DNA of 63,922 nucleotides, the filler included, from Chrysochromulina tobinii (lineage: Eukaryota): assembly GCA_001275005.1 (NCBI GenBank). It is 7 parts of 7 records of this genome, joined end to end, with 100 filler letters (N's around TTAATTAATTAA, not from the genome) between each part and the next. Parts side by side here need not be neighbours in the genome. Positions count along the whole stretch, not along the records: positions 51,323 to 60,111 come from JWZX01000793.1; positions 60,212 to 62,337 come from JWZX01000798.1; positions 62,438 to 63,922 come from JWZX01000839.1; 4 more parts are not named here. One strand, written 5' to 3'. The notes under the pieces are model-generated. The model was not told where the DNA came from. It did not search any database and saw only the letters and a program-made list of their open reading frames with translations. Each line of letters begins with the position of its first letter. Positions within the stretch are counted from its first letter, which is position 1. Positions 52,058 through 63,922 of this stretch are shown in pieces. The position numbers and the translations under genes were made by a program.

Positions 52058-53776
52058 GACGACGAAGCCCTGAGCGCGCGCCTCAGCCAGCAGCGTCTCG
52101 AGACGTCGACGCTCGCTGCGTTCGCGCTCGAGCTCGGTCATGACCTCCGAGAGCGCGGTGCGCAGTCGCGCCTCGTTCTCGCTCGCGACGGCGGCGCGTT
52201 CTCGCTCAATCTCGAGCGCGCGCTCGCCGGCGGCGCCCAAGCCGCCGCCGCGCTCGGGGGAGCTCAAAGTCGCTGCGTCGCTCACCATCGCTCGCAGCTG
52301 ACGAGCGCGAGCCGATTCATCGCCGCGCCCTGCAAGGGCGCCTCGCCACCCCTCGCGCCCTTCGCGCCCTTCGCGCCAGTCGCGCTCACGCAGCTCCCTC
52401 TCATGCATGTCCTTCTCGTGCATCTCGCGATCACGGCGCGCGAGCATCTCCTTGAGCCCAAGAACCTGCTGCTGCAGCCGCTCGATGCGGCTCTCGAACC
52501 GGCGCCGCTGCTGCTGGAGAGTCTCGCCCAGGTCGGCGGGCGCGTTCGGCACGGCGCGCAGCATCACGTGCTTCGCGCGGTCGGCAAACCGGAGCGTCGA
52601 GATGGTCTCATCGGCGCACTTGTCAGAGGGCGCCACCGTCGCCAGCAGCAGCGTGCGCGAGTGTCCGCCGAGCGAGGCCTGCAGCAGCCGCGTGAGCACC
52701 GAATCTCGGTACGGCACGTGAGAGCGCTTCCCGCCTTGCGCGAGGGCGGAGATGCAGTTGGCGAGGGCGGAGAGGCTCTTGTTGATCGCGACCATCTCGC
52801 GCTTGTGCTGCTGCTCGCCCAGGGCCGCGTTGCCGCTCTCGGACGCCATCCGCTCGGAGCCGGCGAGGTCGACGAGGTTGAGCTTGGCACACACGGTGCG
52901 GTTGGCGCCGCGGCCGCCCGGGGAGGGTGAGCCCGCGAGGCTCGCCTGCTCGAGCGTGAGCTGGAGCACCGCGTGCGAGCGTGACGAGCGCTGATTCATG
53001 TCTGTCTGGCGCGACGCGCGCCCGCGCAGCGCTCGCCGCACAAGCGCGAGCGCCTGCGTCACGTGGTGCACCGGGACTTCGGTCAGCCCGATCACGCGCA
53101 CGTCACCGTGGTCCTCGCGCAGCGTGAGTCCGCTGCCGCCGTCGGCGGTGCCGCCACCGCCGCCGCCGCCGCCCCACGCACCGCTCGTCCCCCACGCCGC
53201 CTTAGCGCCCGAGGGCAGCAGCAGGTCCGACACATGCTCGTTGTAAACTTCGAGGAACGAGCAGCTCAGCGCGAGGCGCGTGCCCTCGGCGGCGAGCGCG
53301 TCGGCACGATCAAAAATGTGGCGCAGCGCGCGCGCGGCCATGCCCTCCGACATCCCACCCGTGCTCGCGGCCCACTCCGATGAGCCCACGTCCGCGCGCG
53401 CCTGCGGGTCACCGGGCAGCAACCCGCCGAAGAGCGTGTAGGTCTTGCCCGAGCCCGTCTGGCCGTACGCGAAGACGGTGGCGTTGATGCCAGCCAGCGC
53501 GGCGTCGACGGCGGGTGCAACGTGCTGATACACAGAGCGCTGCGAAGATTCGAAGCCGAGCACGGCGTCGAACTGCGCCTCCACATCGCCCTGGTGACGG
53601 CCGCCTCGGTGGACGCAGATGGAGTTCGGCGGTTGGATCGAGAGCTGCGAGGCCGGGCCGGCGCGGTCATCGAGCGGTGGGCGCACGCGTACCACCACGC
53701 GGATCGGCTCCGCGCTCGCCTTCGAGGCAACGTCGTCCTCGTCGTCCGCCAACGGGTCGGATGCGTTGCCCTCCAT
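51323..53776 (-). CDS. Kinesin motor protein, 3' truncated
   Basis: IRVVVRVRP, FAYGQTGSGKT, SSRSH, LVDLAGSE, HVPYRDSVLTRLL; followed by a coiled coil. Confidence 0.95.
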
Positions 53777-53952
53777 TCTTCTGGGCTTCGTTTCTGTTCA
53801 GTTTCTTGAGTCTGCGGAATTTCGATTATGGCTGCTGTTGCTGTTTGGGGGCCCTTCCCTCACCTTTAATTTTCGAAATAAAGTTTTGGTAACGGTCTGG
53901 CTGTCTGGCACGCGGCGGCGCGCTCGGACCTTCCCCGTCCGCGCGGAGCAAC

Positions 53953-54891
53953 ATGGCGACAAAAGTTCGTACGCGACCCGAGGAGAGCGGGCCGGCCGAC
54001 ATTTTCTACAACGAAACGGAGGCGAACAAGTACCTGCACTCGAGCCGCATGATCGAGGTGCAGACCAGCATGGCCGAGCGCGCCGTCGAGATGCTCTGCC
54101 TGCCTGAGGACACGCCGTGCCTTCTGCTCGACGTCGGCTGCGGCACCGGGCTGAGCGGCGAAGTTCTTGAGGAGGAGGGCCACGCATGGATGGGCTGCGA
54201 TATCAGCCGCGACATGCTCGGCGTCGCGCAGCAACGCGAGGTCGAGGGCGAGCTCATCCACTCGGACATGGGCACTGGGCTGCCCTTCCGGCAAGGCGCC
54301 TTCGATGGCGCCATCTCCATCTCGGCCATCCAGTGGTTGTGCTACTCGAACGACGAGGGCAATCCGCGACTGCGACTGCACCGCTTCTTCCAATCGCTGT
54401 ACCGCGTGCTGCGCCGCGGCGCGCGCGCGGTGCTCCAGTTCTACCCGCAGAATGCCGAGCAGCTGCAACTCATCACCGCGAGCGCGATGCGTGCCGGCTT
54501 CGGCGGCGGGCTCGTGATCGACTTCCCACACTCGACGAAGGCGAAAAAGTACTTTCTGGTGCTGCTCGCGGGGCCGCCCGACGCGGGCTTCAGCATGCCC
54601 ACCGCCCTAGGCGAGTCGGACGCGATGAGCGTGGGCGGTGCCTCGTCAGCGGCGAGCGGTCTCGGCGGCGGCGCGGCGGACGCGGGTGCGAGCAGCAGCG
54701 TGCGGAATGACGGGCGCAAGCGGCATGCGCGGCGTGCAATGGGCTCACGCGAGAAGTCGCGCCACGGCAAGATTGCCAAAAAGAGCCGCGAATGGATCGC
54801 TCTCAAAAAGGAAGCGGCAAGGAGGCACGGCAAGGAGGTGACACATGACTCTAAGTACTCCGGGCGAAAGCGCTCGAAGGTGAGCTTCTGA
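53953..54891 (+). CDS. BUD23: 18S rRNA m7G methyltransferase
   Basis: RPE..P..FYNETEA.KY..SRMIEVQ, LLDVGCGTGLSG, SISAIQWLC, FGGGLVIDFPHSTKAKKYFLVL, DSKYSGRKR. Confidence 0.95.
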   Translation: MATKVRTRPEESGPADIFYNETEANKYLHSSRMIEVQTSMAERAVEMLCLPEDTPCLLLDVGCGTGLSGEVLEEEGHAWMGCDISRDMLGVAQQREVEGELIHSDMGTGLPFRQGAFDGAISISAIQWLCYSNDEGNPRLRLHRFFQSLYRVLRRGARAVLQFYPQNAEQLQLITASAMRAGFGGGLVIDFPHSTKAKKYFLVLLAGPPDAGFSMPTALGESDAMSVGGASSAASGLGGGAADAGASSSVRNDGRKRHARRAMGSREKSRHGKIAKKSREWIALKKEAARRHGKEVTHDSKYSGRKRSKVSF

Positions 54892-55736
54892 TCGGACGAA
54901 TCACGAGGCGGTTGGTGGCCGGAGCCCTCCCCAGACCGGGTCAGGGGGGTGCGTCTGCGACGCGACCGGAACGGAGTCGGGAGTGCACTCCCCCGCCCTT
55001 CGCCTTTCCGGCGTGTCTGAAACTCTGAATGCATGATTCTGAATTCTGTCTGTGTTAACTGTCTGTGTGTGAATCCGCGGGATTCGTTTCCCGGCGTGGT
55101 CGCAAGACACGCGCGTGTCACGTGTCTATCAGGCCCCCAGCCACGAGATCTGATGTGCGCAGCTTGGCGCCACCTATGCCGGGTTGGTAGCGGTATCGGC
55201 CGCGTACGATAATGTGCTATGTGGGCGTGTCGACCCCCGCGCGCGCGGCATGGGCCGGCATGCCCCGCCCGGGCGTCCGGCGCGCGGCGGGCCGGGTATT
55301 TGCGTGCGCGCGCCGCGAACGGCGCCGCGCGCGCGGGCCCGGGCCTTTCATGTTTCAAATTACAAATAATCTGCTCGCTCAAAAACTTGAGCTGAATCGC
55401 TCACATGCCACATCATAGAGGATCTTATTCGCAACCATCCGGCGCGCCGTCGCTCCCCACCGCCCGGGGCTGTACCCGCGCTGCGTACTCACGCAAACGC
55501 GGGGGCCCGAGAGCGCTCATACACGAGACGCACGTCACCATCATGCATGTTTGACACACGACTTGCGGCTCGCTCATCAAGAAGTTCCACATCTGCTGCG
55601 TGCTCATCACCGCGCATCCGCCATCCCCCCCAGAGCGCCTCCAAGAGGACCGGGGTGCCGCTCCCTCTACGGAGCGACCGTTGTCCGAGCGCTTGCCATG
55701 GGGGGCGGCCGTCTGACGACCAGCCCACATCGACCT

Positions 55737-56922
55737 CTAAGGCCGCCGCGGCTCAGCAGTGTGCGCGCTCTTGTGCTTGAGCAGCGCCTTCTTATACTCG
55801 GGCACGTTGTGCCAGATGGAGGCGGCGTGGCCGTTGAGCGGACTGTCCAGGTTGGGGTCGCCGAGCAGGCTCTGAATGGAGAGGAGGATGGTGCGCACGT
55901 TGTACACCGCGCTCCACTTCTCCTTCAGAATATCTGAGAGCGCGGCGAGGCACGATGCCGGCACACGCGTGAGCAGCAGGCTGCGGACAGGCTCTCTGGA
56001 CCGCGCCGGGGGGATGGGGGGGGGGGAGAGCTTCGGATGGCTGCGCACCCAGGCAGATGTTGCCGTATTGATCGACGTTCGGGTGGAAGCACGGCGTGCT
56101 GAACGTCACCTGCGGCGCCTCGAACGGGTAGCTCGTTGGGAACTTCAGCAAGAGCTTGAAGGTCAAGCCCTCGTACACCTGCGAACGGATGGCAGGGAGG
56201 GACGCGAGGTCAGCACGCATCGTAGCCAGCAAGGCAGGAGGCGCCGCCGGCTGCGTCCGGCAGGTACACGGCACCAGCACGCACGGCGTGCGCATCGCAG
56301 CGGCGGCGGCCACTGTAGGCATGGTGAGCGGTTGATGTCCTCCCATCGTCGTCGCCGCCGTGTCGTACCCTGGTAGCAGCGGCGGCGGCGGTGGCGGCGG
56401 CGGCGGCAGCCAGCAGCGGCGGCAGCCAGCAGCGGCGGCAGCAGCAGCCAAAGAGGGAGAGGAGCCGGCATAGGCCGCGGCGGCGGCTCCGGTGCGCGCT
56501 GCGCCGAAGCAGCGTTCCGCGCAGCATACCGTGCCCGCGCCGCCCGTGATCGTCCCCGTCCACTGGAAGATGTTGTCACCTTCCGGGAAGGCTGACAGCG
56601 ACGGATCGCCTGCCGTCATGAGCGTCATGAGCTCCGTTTGCAGCCTGGGGGTGGGAGCACAAGGGAGCCTCCGGGTGAGCGTGACCGATGTCTGAGCTCG
56701 GGTGGGGCAGGCCAAGCATCGCGCACGGCGCGCTCGGGTGCAGCAGGCAGGCGCTGCCGCCGAGCTGTCCGCAGATGCTCGGACGACAGGACCATCGGGT
56801 CGAGCTCAGGCGGGCGGGCGGGGCACGCACCGTTTGTTGACGGACTGCCCAGCTGCTGAGGAGGGTGCGGCGGCCGCCTTGCTGCCGCCTGTGGTCGGAG
56901 ATCCAATCGCGGTCTGGCTCAT
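55737..56922 (-). CDS. UBE2C: Ubiquitin-conjugating enzyme E2 C (UbcH10-like), four exons
   Basis: [30 protein letters not shown]..|[47 protein letters not shown]. Confidence 0.92.
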
Positions 56923-57112
56923 CCTGAAGAGCAAAGGCTCAAAGCGGAGTGCTTGGACTGGTTTTGAGCAGTCAAGGCAAGGCAAGGCAAGTTTGTGCTC
57001 GCATCAGACAGAGGGCGGCGAGCACTTTTGCTTTGAATTGAAGACCTCTTGCGCTCACCAAAAAGTTCGCGTGGTTGCAACTGATGCGCGTGCACTTTGT
57101 GTGGGTACACGA

Positions 57113-58963
57113 ATGGTGATGTCAGTCCAGTCCATGCAGCCTCCTGAGCCGCCTCCGTCGAAACGCACGCCGCGTTCCGCCAAGGCTACGGATGTGGGTA
57201 ACCCGGCCTCGCCACATCCCCCCACATCGCCCTACAGCGCCTCCGTCGTGGCGTCACGCTGCGCAGCCGCGGCCGCGGCCTTCGCGACTGGTCGATTAGA
57301 TGCTGAGATTGCCGCCAACCCTCGACTCCGCGAGACGCTCGCGGCAGCGGGCCTTGACCTCGACGACCCGCGGCTGCGGCAACGACCCGACTCGCGCTTC
57401 GACTCGTGCTCTGCCACGCCGAGCCATCGACAGACCGGCTCAGCCGCCGCCTCATCGCACCATTCGCCACGCAGCTCGCGTCGCGGCGCACCGCCCGCCT
57501 CGTCGCACCGCTCGGCGTCGGTACCGATGAAAGACATTGGCGGCTCGGAAACGGCGGCGCGCGCGCTTTGTCACCACGACTTTGAGGCCGTAGAAGACCC
57601 CGGCTGGATCGAGCCGCGCACGGCGCGCGAGCGCGAGCTGCAGTTCAAGCTGAGGGCCGCGCTGCAGGCGCTCCACCTGTGCCGCGACGAGCTCAAACGG
57701 CGCGCGGCGGTGGCACTGCCGAGCGACCTTGCAGCGATGCCGGCCGACGCGAGCGCCACAGGCGGCACGGGCGCTCCCATCAACGCCTACGCTGCTCGCC
57801 TCGGCGAAGCGAAGCCAGATTGGTCACTCGCACTGCGTTGGCGGCTTACGTCTGAGCTGCGGGGCGAGCTTGACGCGTGCGAGAGGGGCTGGCGAGCCGA
57901 CCGGCAGCGCCACCTCGAGGAGGTGGCGCGGCTCGAGCGCGCACTCGCCAAGGAGCAGCAGGAGAAGGAGGCGGCCGTGACGAGGCTCACCAAGGACATC
58001 ATCACGATGCAGCGTAATTACGCGTCCGAGTCCGTCCAAGGAAAGACCATCTGGGCGATTCTCAAGCCCGAGATCCGGCATGCGGAGCGCGCGCACGAGT
58101 GGCACGCGGATGTGCTGCAGCGTGAGATCGACCGACTGAACACAGAACGCTCGGAGGCCACAGGGACGCTGCAGATTGAGGTCGTGCACCTCAGGGACGC
58201 TCTCTGCCAAATGCAAGAGGATTTGGCAGACGAAAAGGCGCGAAAGCAGCTGATGCGCGATCAGCTGACGACCGAGGTCGAGAGGCTGCAAGTCGTGCTC
58301 AGTGAGACGCGGCGCGAGCTCGAGGACGCGACGGCCACGGCCAGCGCCTCTCGCGTCGAGCTGCGCCGGCAGCTACGCGAGGCAGCAGAGGAGGCCGATC
58401 GAACGCGCCTGCGCCTCGAGAAGGATGTTGAGGAGCAGTCGAGCCTCAAGGTGCACATCCAGACGACGCTCAGCGGCGAGGTCGAGCGGCTCCGGGTCGA
58501 GAAGGAGAAGCAGGCCAAAGCCGCCAAGATGGCCCTGATGCAGAGCGAGACGCGCCGAGTGGCCGAGACGGCGACCCTCCAGGCGCGCGTGACGCATCTG
58601 CGCGAGCTACAGCAGGAGGCGCTGCAATGGCTGCCCGCAAGCGAGGCACGCTCGAAACTCTACATGTCGTCGATGAAGGTGGACAAGCCCGACTCGCCCT
58701 ACATTCGCGGGGACCCGCCCGATCGCGCGTCTAGCTCTGGCTCTGTCACGCCCACGCCCACCACGACGCCCAACAGCGTGCCGAAGAAGCAGCTGAAGTC
58801 GGCCTTTCAGAAGGCCAAGGCAGAAGCACTGGCTGCGGCTCCCATGTACACGCCAGCCGTCCCCAGGCCGGCGCCGGTGCTGAGCAGCAACGTGATTCGC
58901 GTGCCGTCCGTCGATTATTCTGGCCAACTGAGCAGCGGCGCACGCCCTGTTTCTGAGGTGTGA
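57113..58963 (+). CDS. Coiled-coil protein of unknown function
   Basis: Long ORF with extended E/R/L/Q heptads. Confidence 0.7.
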   Translation: MVMSVQSMQPPEPPPSKRTPRSAKATDVGNPASPHPPTSPYSASVVASRCAAAAAAFATGRLDAEIAANPRLRETLAAAGLDLDDPRLRQRPDSRFDSCSATPSHRQTGSAAASSHHSPRSSRRGAPPASSHRSASVPMKDIGGSETAARALCHHDFEAVEDPGWIEPRTARERELQFKLRAALQALHLCRDELKRRAAVALPSDLAAMPADASATGGTGAPINAYAARLGEAKPDWSLALRWRLTSELRGELDACERGWRADRQRHLEEVARLERALAKEQQEKEAAVTRLTKDIITMQRNYASESVQGKTIWAILKPEIRHAERAHEWHADVLQREIDRLNTERSEATGTLQIEVVHLRDALCQMQEDLADEKARKQLMRDQLTTEVERLQVVLSETRRELEDATATASASRVELRRQLREAAEEADRTRLRLEKDVEEQSSLKVHIQTTLSGEVERLRVEKEKQAKAAKMALMQSETRRVAETATLQARVTHLRELQQEALQWLPASEARSKLYMSSMKVDKPDSPYIRGDPPDRASSSGSVTPTPTTTPNSVPKKQLKSAFQKAKAEALAAAPMYTPAVPRPAPVLSSNVIRVPSVDYSGQLSSGARPVSEV

Positions 58964-59176
58964 AAACGAGCCTGTTCGTCGCAACGAGTCGAACTCTGAT
59001 AAGTTCAATTACGGCGGTTATTAGGGCATGTTGTAAAACTTGCTTACAGTCTATCGTATACAAAGATAATCGCGGAACGCGGCGCGCCGTGCCGAGGTCC
59101 CGTGCGGTGCCTCGGATATGCCTCGGATGGGCGTCGGGGAGACCTCGCGACGCCAAACCTCCCCAATCATTCGCAT

Positions 59177-60111
59177 CTACAACTCGTGATACACAAACTC
59201 AACCTCGTCCTGCGTCAAGGCCAACTGAGAGCCATTCGAACCATTGTGCGTTACTGCAATTGAGTTGTTGCCATTCAGAGTGACGCGGAATGCCACGCGC
59301 GTGACAGCTCCGCAGACGCCGTCGATATTTGCTGCCGTAACTGGTGGGCTCTCGCAAAGGAGCTCTGAGGCCTCTTCGGTACCAGAGGACAAGCGCGCAG
59401 GTGTCAGCGGCGCAGCTCCGAACGCACAGCCCAGCCCGCGCCCGTGGTCCAAGTCTCGAAAGCCCACGCCAGTCACGGTAATCAGCGTGCCTCCTTCAGG
59501 TCTGCCACCCCGAGGATAAATGCGCGAGACGCGGACATCAACGCCTGAACGGAAGTAGGTGAAACTGACGCCTGCGCTGGTGCGCGCTTGAAGCTGTCCG
59601 TTGAGGCTCACCTCGAGAGAGCGAGGCTCGAACGCAGTGGTAGGTGAGGTGGGAGGCGACTGGCACATGAGAGCCTCGCCGTCCACCATCGTTGCATTTA
59701 CTGCATGCTCGCCTTCAAATAGGCACAGTAGCCTACCAAAATTGACAAATCCCGACCCGCGCACTATAACGAGTGTGCCTCCAGCACTCGGACCACCATT
59801 CGGTGTGAGCTGTTGCACACTCAGTCCAGAGGCAGGCGCATTGACGTCGAAAAACGTAAAGATTCCATGATCACCAATCCTCAAGTAGTCCTGTCCATTG
59901 AGAGTGACTTCTACCTCCACCTCATGCGGGGCGTGGCTTTGCTGCCAGTGTGGAGGAGAGACGCAAGTGACCTGCCCCGTCTGGTCGACCGTTCCATCCG
60001 CCTCCTCGTTGAAAGCCCTTCCAAAGCGGCAGCGCACATCGCCAAGTGGCTGCAGCAGAGCACCACGCAGCTCCACCGACGTGTTGCCCGTCAGCGGCCC
60101 GCCACGAGGAG
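59177..60111 (-). CDS. IPT/TIG-repeat protein, 5' truncated
   Basis: PNGGPSAGGTLVIVRGSGF..C.F..C.SP..EVSLNGQ units. Confidence 0.85.
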
Positions 60112-60211
60112 NNNNNNNNNNNNNNNNNNNNNNNNNNNNNNNNNNNNNNNNNNNNTTAATTAATTAANNNNNNNNNNNNNNNNNNNNNNNNNNNNNNNNN
60201 NNNNNNNNNNN
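60112..60211. other. Artificial contig linker
   Basis: N44-TTAATTAATTAA-N44. Confidence 0.99.
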
Positions 60212-60515
60212 CTGTAAATTCACACTTCAAGCTGTGAATTCACACTTACCTACTGTGAATTCACAGCAGATGACCAAGAGGGTCCAGAGGGTCTGGACCC
60301 TCCGGGACCCTCGGGACCCCCCGGGACCCTCGGGACCCTCGGGACCCTCTGCTGTAAATTCACACTTCAAGCTGTGAATTCACACTTACCTACTGTGAAT
60401 TCACAGCAGATGACCAAGAGGGTCCAGAGGGTCTGGACCATCCGGGACCCTCGGGACCCCTCGGGACCCCCCGGGACCCTCGGGACCCTCGGGACCCTCC
60501 CGGGACCCTCGGACC
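60212..60515. repeat. 140-bp tandem duplication with nested (GGGACCCTC)n
   Basis: ctgtaaattcacacttcaagctgtgaattc at 60212 and 60352. Confidence 0.9.
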
Positions 60516-60773
60516 TCTCCATAAGCGCCGTGCCGGGCACCCATTTCATTACCATGTGAGCCCCATTACATGCCTGATGAGAGGGACAATCCACTCATTT
60601 GTTTACCTTATTTGGGCATGAAAATGCCTGATTACCTACCCACTTCATCCATACTGTAGGGGACGCGACGGAAGAGGAAGCCAGGACCCCCGGGACCCTC
60701 GGGACCCTCGGGACCCTCCCGCCTCCATGACCAGCGCGCCTCAGTTTGTCGGCGCACTCCACGCGAGCGCCTC

Positions 60774-61634
60774 TTGGAGTTTATCGCTGTGTACGGTCGG
60801 AATGGATCTTCATGCGCCCTGCCTACCGACAGAGCCGAGCGGCATCGCGAGCTGATGAGAAGGGCAGCAAGGATCGATTCGCTGCTCACGAGGCCGTTTG
60901 GCTTGGCGAATACAGCGGATGTCGTGAACCACCTCGAATTGATCGAGCGCTTCTACGGCGGCGAATTGCCATCGGCGCCGTTGGGCGATCAAGCGTTATG
61001 CGCCGTGCTCGAGCCTCCCGAGTTCGTGTGCTCGTTTTGCGCTGAGCAGCCGTGCTTGCGGACCGAGTCTGACGACAGGCGCGCGCATGGAAAACTCCTT
61101 GTGCTGACGGAGAATGGTGTGCTACCGGGCGAGGCGTACGTGCGAACCTGTCCGCGCTGCGATGCCAATTACTACTACGATCGCATCGCGAGGTTGCCGT
61201 CTCTCGAGGAGTGTGCGGCAGGCATCGAGCAGCGAATGGAGAGCCGTTTCCGTGACGCCGTGCACCTTCTTCCGTACATTCGCTGCGATTCGATAGGAAA
61301 GTACGTCGTGGCAAGCTCGACGTTGCTGCGGCATCACGCGGCCAACGAGCGGATTCAGGAGTCGGCACGGCAGGCCTCTCTCGGATCGCAGGACCTGGTC
61401 CCCGGAACTCCTCTCCGCACATCGCACGCGGGTTGGCGGCCGCTGGCGCGATGTGTTTGCACGCGAGAAGGGGCTGGGCCGCAAGCGCAAGGCAGCTGCA
61501 CCGTAGCCTCGCCAAAAGAAACTCTGCCTGTGCATGAGGGGGTCAATGGGGTCGCGCCAAAAGAAACTCTGCCTGTGCATGAGGGGGTCAATGGGGTACA
61601 TATTCGTGCGTATCCAGCAGCCCATATTCAGTGA
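60774..61634 (+). mobile_element. Fragment encoding a CxC5-like cysteine cluster, probably a KDZ-superfamily DNA transposon remnant
   Basis: LEPPEFVCSFC..VLTENGVLPG..CPRCDANYYYD pattern on a repeat-rich contig; no transposase core seen. Confidence 0.45.
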
Positions 61635-62035
61635 AGCAAACTCCGCTTGCGCTTCGCGCGCTCCGTAGCCGTTTAACTGATACCAGTGGTTCCGAGGGGA
61701 TTTACTAAGGGTTAGACGGACTAAACACGTATCCCTGTGGTTCGTTACCCTAAGTGCCAGTGGTTCGTCATACCGCTCCACCTGTAAGGCGTCGTTATGC
61801 TGGGCCAGTAACGCGTACGTTTTCCTAACACATACCCAAACTCATGCTTAGCCAGTTAGGCGTAGCCGTAAGAGTAACCGTCATACTGCTCCACCTGTAA
61901 GGCGTCGTTATGCTGGGCCAGTAACGCGTACGTTTTCCTAACACATACCCAAACTCATGCTGGGCCTGTGCAAGTGCTTCCTAATAATCTTCTCGTGGTT
62001 AGTCATACCGCTCCACCTGTGGTTCGGTTGGTGTC

Positions 62036-62337
62036 GCAAAACGCAAAACGCAAAACGCAAAACGCAAAACGCAAACGCAAAACGCAAACGCAAGACGCAA
62101 GACGCAAGACGCAAGACGCAAGACGCAAGACGCAAGACGCAAGACGCAAGACGCAAAACGCAAGACGCAAGACGCAAGACGCAAGACGCAAAACGCATGC
62201 AAAACGCAAAACGCAATTGCAAAACGCAAAACGCAAAACGCAAAACGCAAAAAACGCATGCAATACGCAATACGCAAAACGCAAAACGGGTCAAAGTGGG
62301 CTGGCCCGTACGCAATACGCAATACGCAATACGCAAT
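62036..62337. repeat. Minisatellite (ACGCAAR/ACGCAAT)n
   Basis: 7-bp units running to the contig end. Confidence 0.95.
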
Positions 62338-62437
62338 NNNNNNNNNNNNNNNNNNNNNNNNNNNNNNNNNNNNNNNNNNNNTTAATTAATTAANNNNNNN
62401 NNNNNNNNNNNNNNNNNNNNNNNNNNNNNNNNNNNNN
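62338..62437. other. Artificial contig linker
   Basis: N44-TTAATTAATTAA-N44. Confidence 0.99.
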
Positions 62438-62927
62438 ACACCCCGCGCCAACTGCGCCACACGATGCGCGGCGAGGGCGATCGGATCGGTGGCCTCCCCG
62501 AGAGGCCGCCCCACATCCGCCCCCCAGAAGCACCCCAATAGCACCCCAAGGGCGCGGCGCCGGCGCGCCACAAACACCCCTCGCCGCCCTAACCCTTAAC
62601 CCTAGCGCACACCCAGCACACCACACCGACTCACCACACGAGTTCACTATACCTCCCTTAGGAGCACTTTGGGCACAGCGAGTGGATGCAGACATCCTTG
62701 GTCACTCGGAAGATACGCTAGCAAACATCACACTTGTACCCCCGTTGTCGCCGTCGAGGCGCTCGGTCTTGGCTCTTGAGCGCCTGCTCGACGCTTCGGT
62801 ACAGCTCGCCACCGTCCGCCTGAAGCTGGAGGCGATCTCCCCTCCCCCATGCGATGTTCATATGTTCTCAGGGTCGCCCCTCAGTCGAGCAGCTGGGTCA
62901 CAGCTGGGAACACCCCCCCACACATGC

Positions 62928-63902
62928 TCAGAACAGCTGCGACAGCGTGTTGCGCACAGCGTCCTTTTGTTGGTTCAGCTTCGTCACAGCCTCGTCGAGC
63001 TGGCGGAAAGTTGTCGCAGCTTCCTCAAATGCGTTTACGCGCTTGAACTCGGTTAGATTTGCGTTGAGCACGGCGATTTCCTCAACCGTCTGCTTGATTG
63101 CGCGTCCTTGGCTCTGGAGCGCCAAAGCGCCATTAAAATTTTGGTTAGCGGAGCACACCTTCATAGCTCGCTCAACTTCCGTTATGAGCTCCTGCACTTC
63201 TTGGGCGACGCGAGGAGGCATGGGTGAAGTCTCGTCAGCTGGCCCCTTGAGTTCTGGCAAGGAGCAGTTCCGAGGGGCCATCATCGGCAGCGACGAACCA
63301 GGGTTAGCTCCTGAAGCGGACTGCGAGCACCCGAGGAGCGCCGCCCAGCCCTGGTGCGCCCCCATGACCTGCTGCGACGACCCACCGGCTCCAAAGCTCG
63401 TACACGATTGCATCATCATAGCGCCTCTGAAGCAAGATGCTGTATTCGAAGACTCCAAATGGGCTTGATTTACCTTTGTAAGTTCAACCTGCATCTCGGC
63501 CTTAGCAGCAATGCTCGCCTGCATTTTTGCATTCTCAATCTCTACCTGATGAAGTTTCTCCTTCAACTTGTCCTGCTGTGCTTGAAACGAGCTCGCCTGC
63601 GCAGCCAATTTCGAGTCATGTTTTGCTTCCGCTTCGTGCGTCGCCTTCATAACATCTAACTCCTTCTGAAGGTCGCGTACCTTAGCGTCCGTCTCCTTGG
63701 CTTCAGGCCGTGGCCTCTTTGCTTCTGCTATCGTCTGACCCACCTCTGCGATCTGCTTGAGCACGTGGACCATCTCGCTTGGGAGCGACGGCTGCGACGG
63801 AGGCATCAGCGATAGTGCATGCACCGGCGGGGTTCCCCTTAACTTGGGAAAATATGCACCCCAACTTGTGCGACACCTGACACACTCCACGAGCAAAAAC
63901 AA
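62928..63902 (-). CDS. Hypothetical coiled-coil protein; start uncertain
   Basis: Stop-free ORF of 324 codons with two K/E/Q-rich helical regions. Confidence 0.45.
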   Translation of the reverse strand: MFLLVECVRCRTSWGAYFPKLRGTPPVHALSLMPPSQPSLPSEMVHVLKQIAEVGQTIAEAKRPRPEAKETDAKVRDLQKELDVMKATHEAEAKHDSKLAAQASSFQAQQDKLKEKLHQVEIENAKMQASIAAKAEMQVELTKVNQAHLESSNTASCFRGAMMMQSCTSFGAGGSSQQVMGAHQGWAALLGCSQSASGANPGSSLPMMAPRNCSLPELKGPADETSPMPPRVAQEVQELITEVERAMKVCSANQNFNGALALQSQGRAIKQTVEEIAVLNANLTEFKRVNAFEEAATTFRQLDEAVTKLNQQKDAVRNTLSQLF

Positions 63903-63922
63903 TGACGGGATTCGAAAGTAAT

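Noticed and set aside
61938..62393. ORFs reading RLASCVL / KTQDARR repeats
   Set aside because: Translations of a 7-bp minisatellite.
17071..62437. Six identical TTAATTAATTAA motifs within N runs
   Set aside because: Artificial contig-joining linker, not biological.
62587..62605. CCCTAA-like telomeric hexamers
   Set aside because: Only about three imperfect units, internal to the contig; insufficient for a telomere call.

Overview
GC-rich eukaryotic (algal) DNA made of seven unrelated contigs joined by an artificial 100-bp N44-TTAATTAATTAA-N44 linker, so adjacency across linkers means nothing. A plastid-targeted THF1/Psb29, a haptophyte-style AP2 domain, and RI-type/BspA LRR and HET-like proteins suggest a haptophyte, possibly Chrysochromulina-like (inference). 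About 30 protein-coding genes are recognisable. They include 2Fe-2S ferredoxin, a flavin amine oxidase, THF1, a PKG-like fragment, a SET methyltransferase, heme oxygenase, DnaJ, kinesin, BUD23 and UBE2C. Two systems stand out. (1) An apparently active intron-generating process. Many introns consist of a ~9-36 nt copy of the flanking exon plus filler. The filler is a conserved cassette GCATGCAAGTGCTCACCACGGCGCC..Y-rich..AG (12 copies on 3 contigs), a second acceptor cassette TGATTGCATCCCTCATCAG, or sense-oriented tandem arrays of branch-point-like units. The same cassette-plus-duplication also occurs outside introns (a 3'UTR, and antisense in-frame within a CDS). Some introns abut with zero-length exons or contain a copy of the exon-exon junction they interrupt. 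(2) A candidate innate-immunity cluster: a lipid-anchored HET-like protein, a MAPK-HET-LRR fusion and a UBA-PARP-LRR protein. A separate contig carries a SKP1-F-box-BspA LRR fusion. All domain calls come from visual motif recognition, not database searches, and exon boundaries are predictions.
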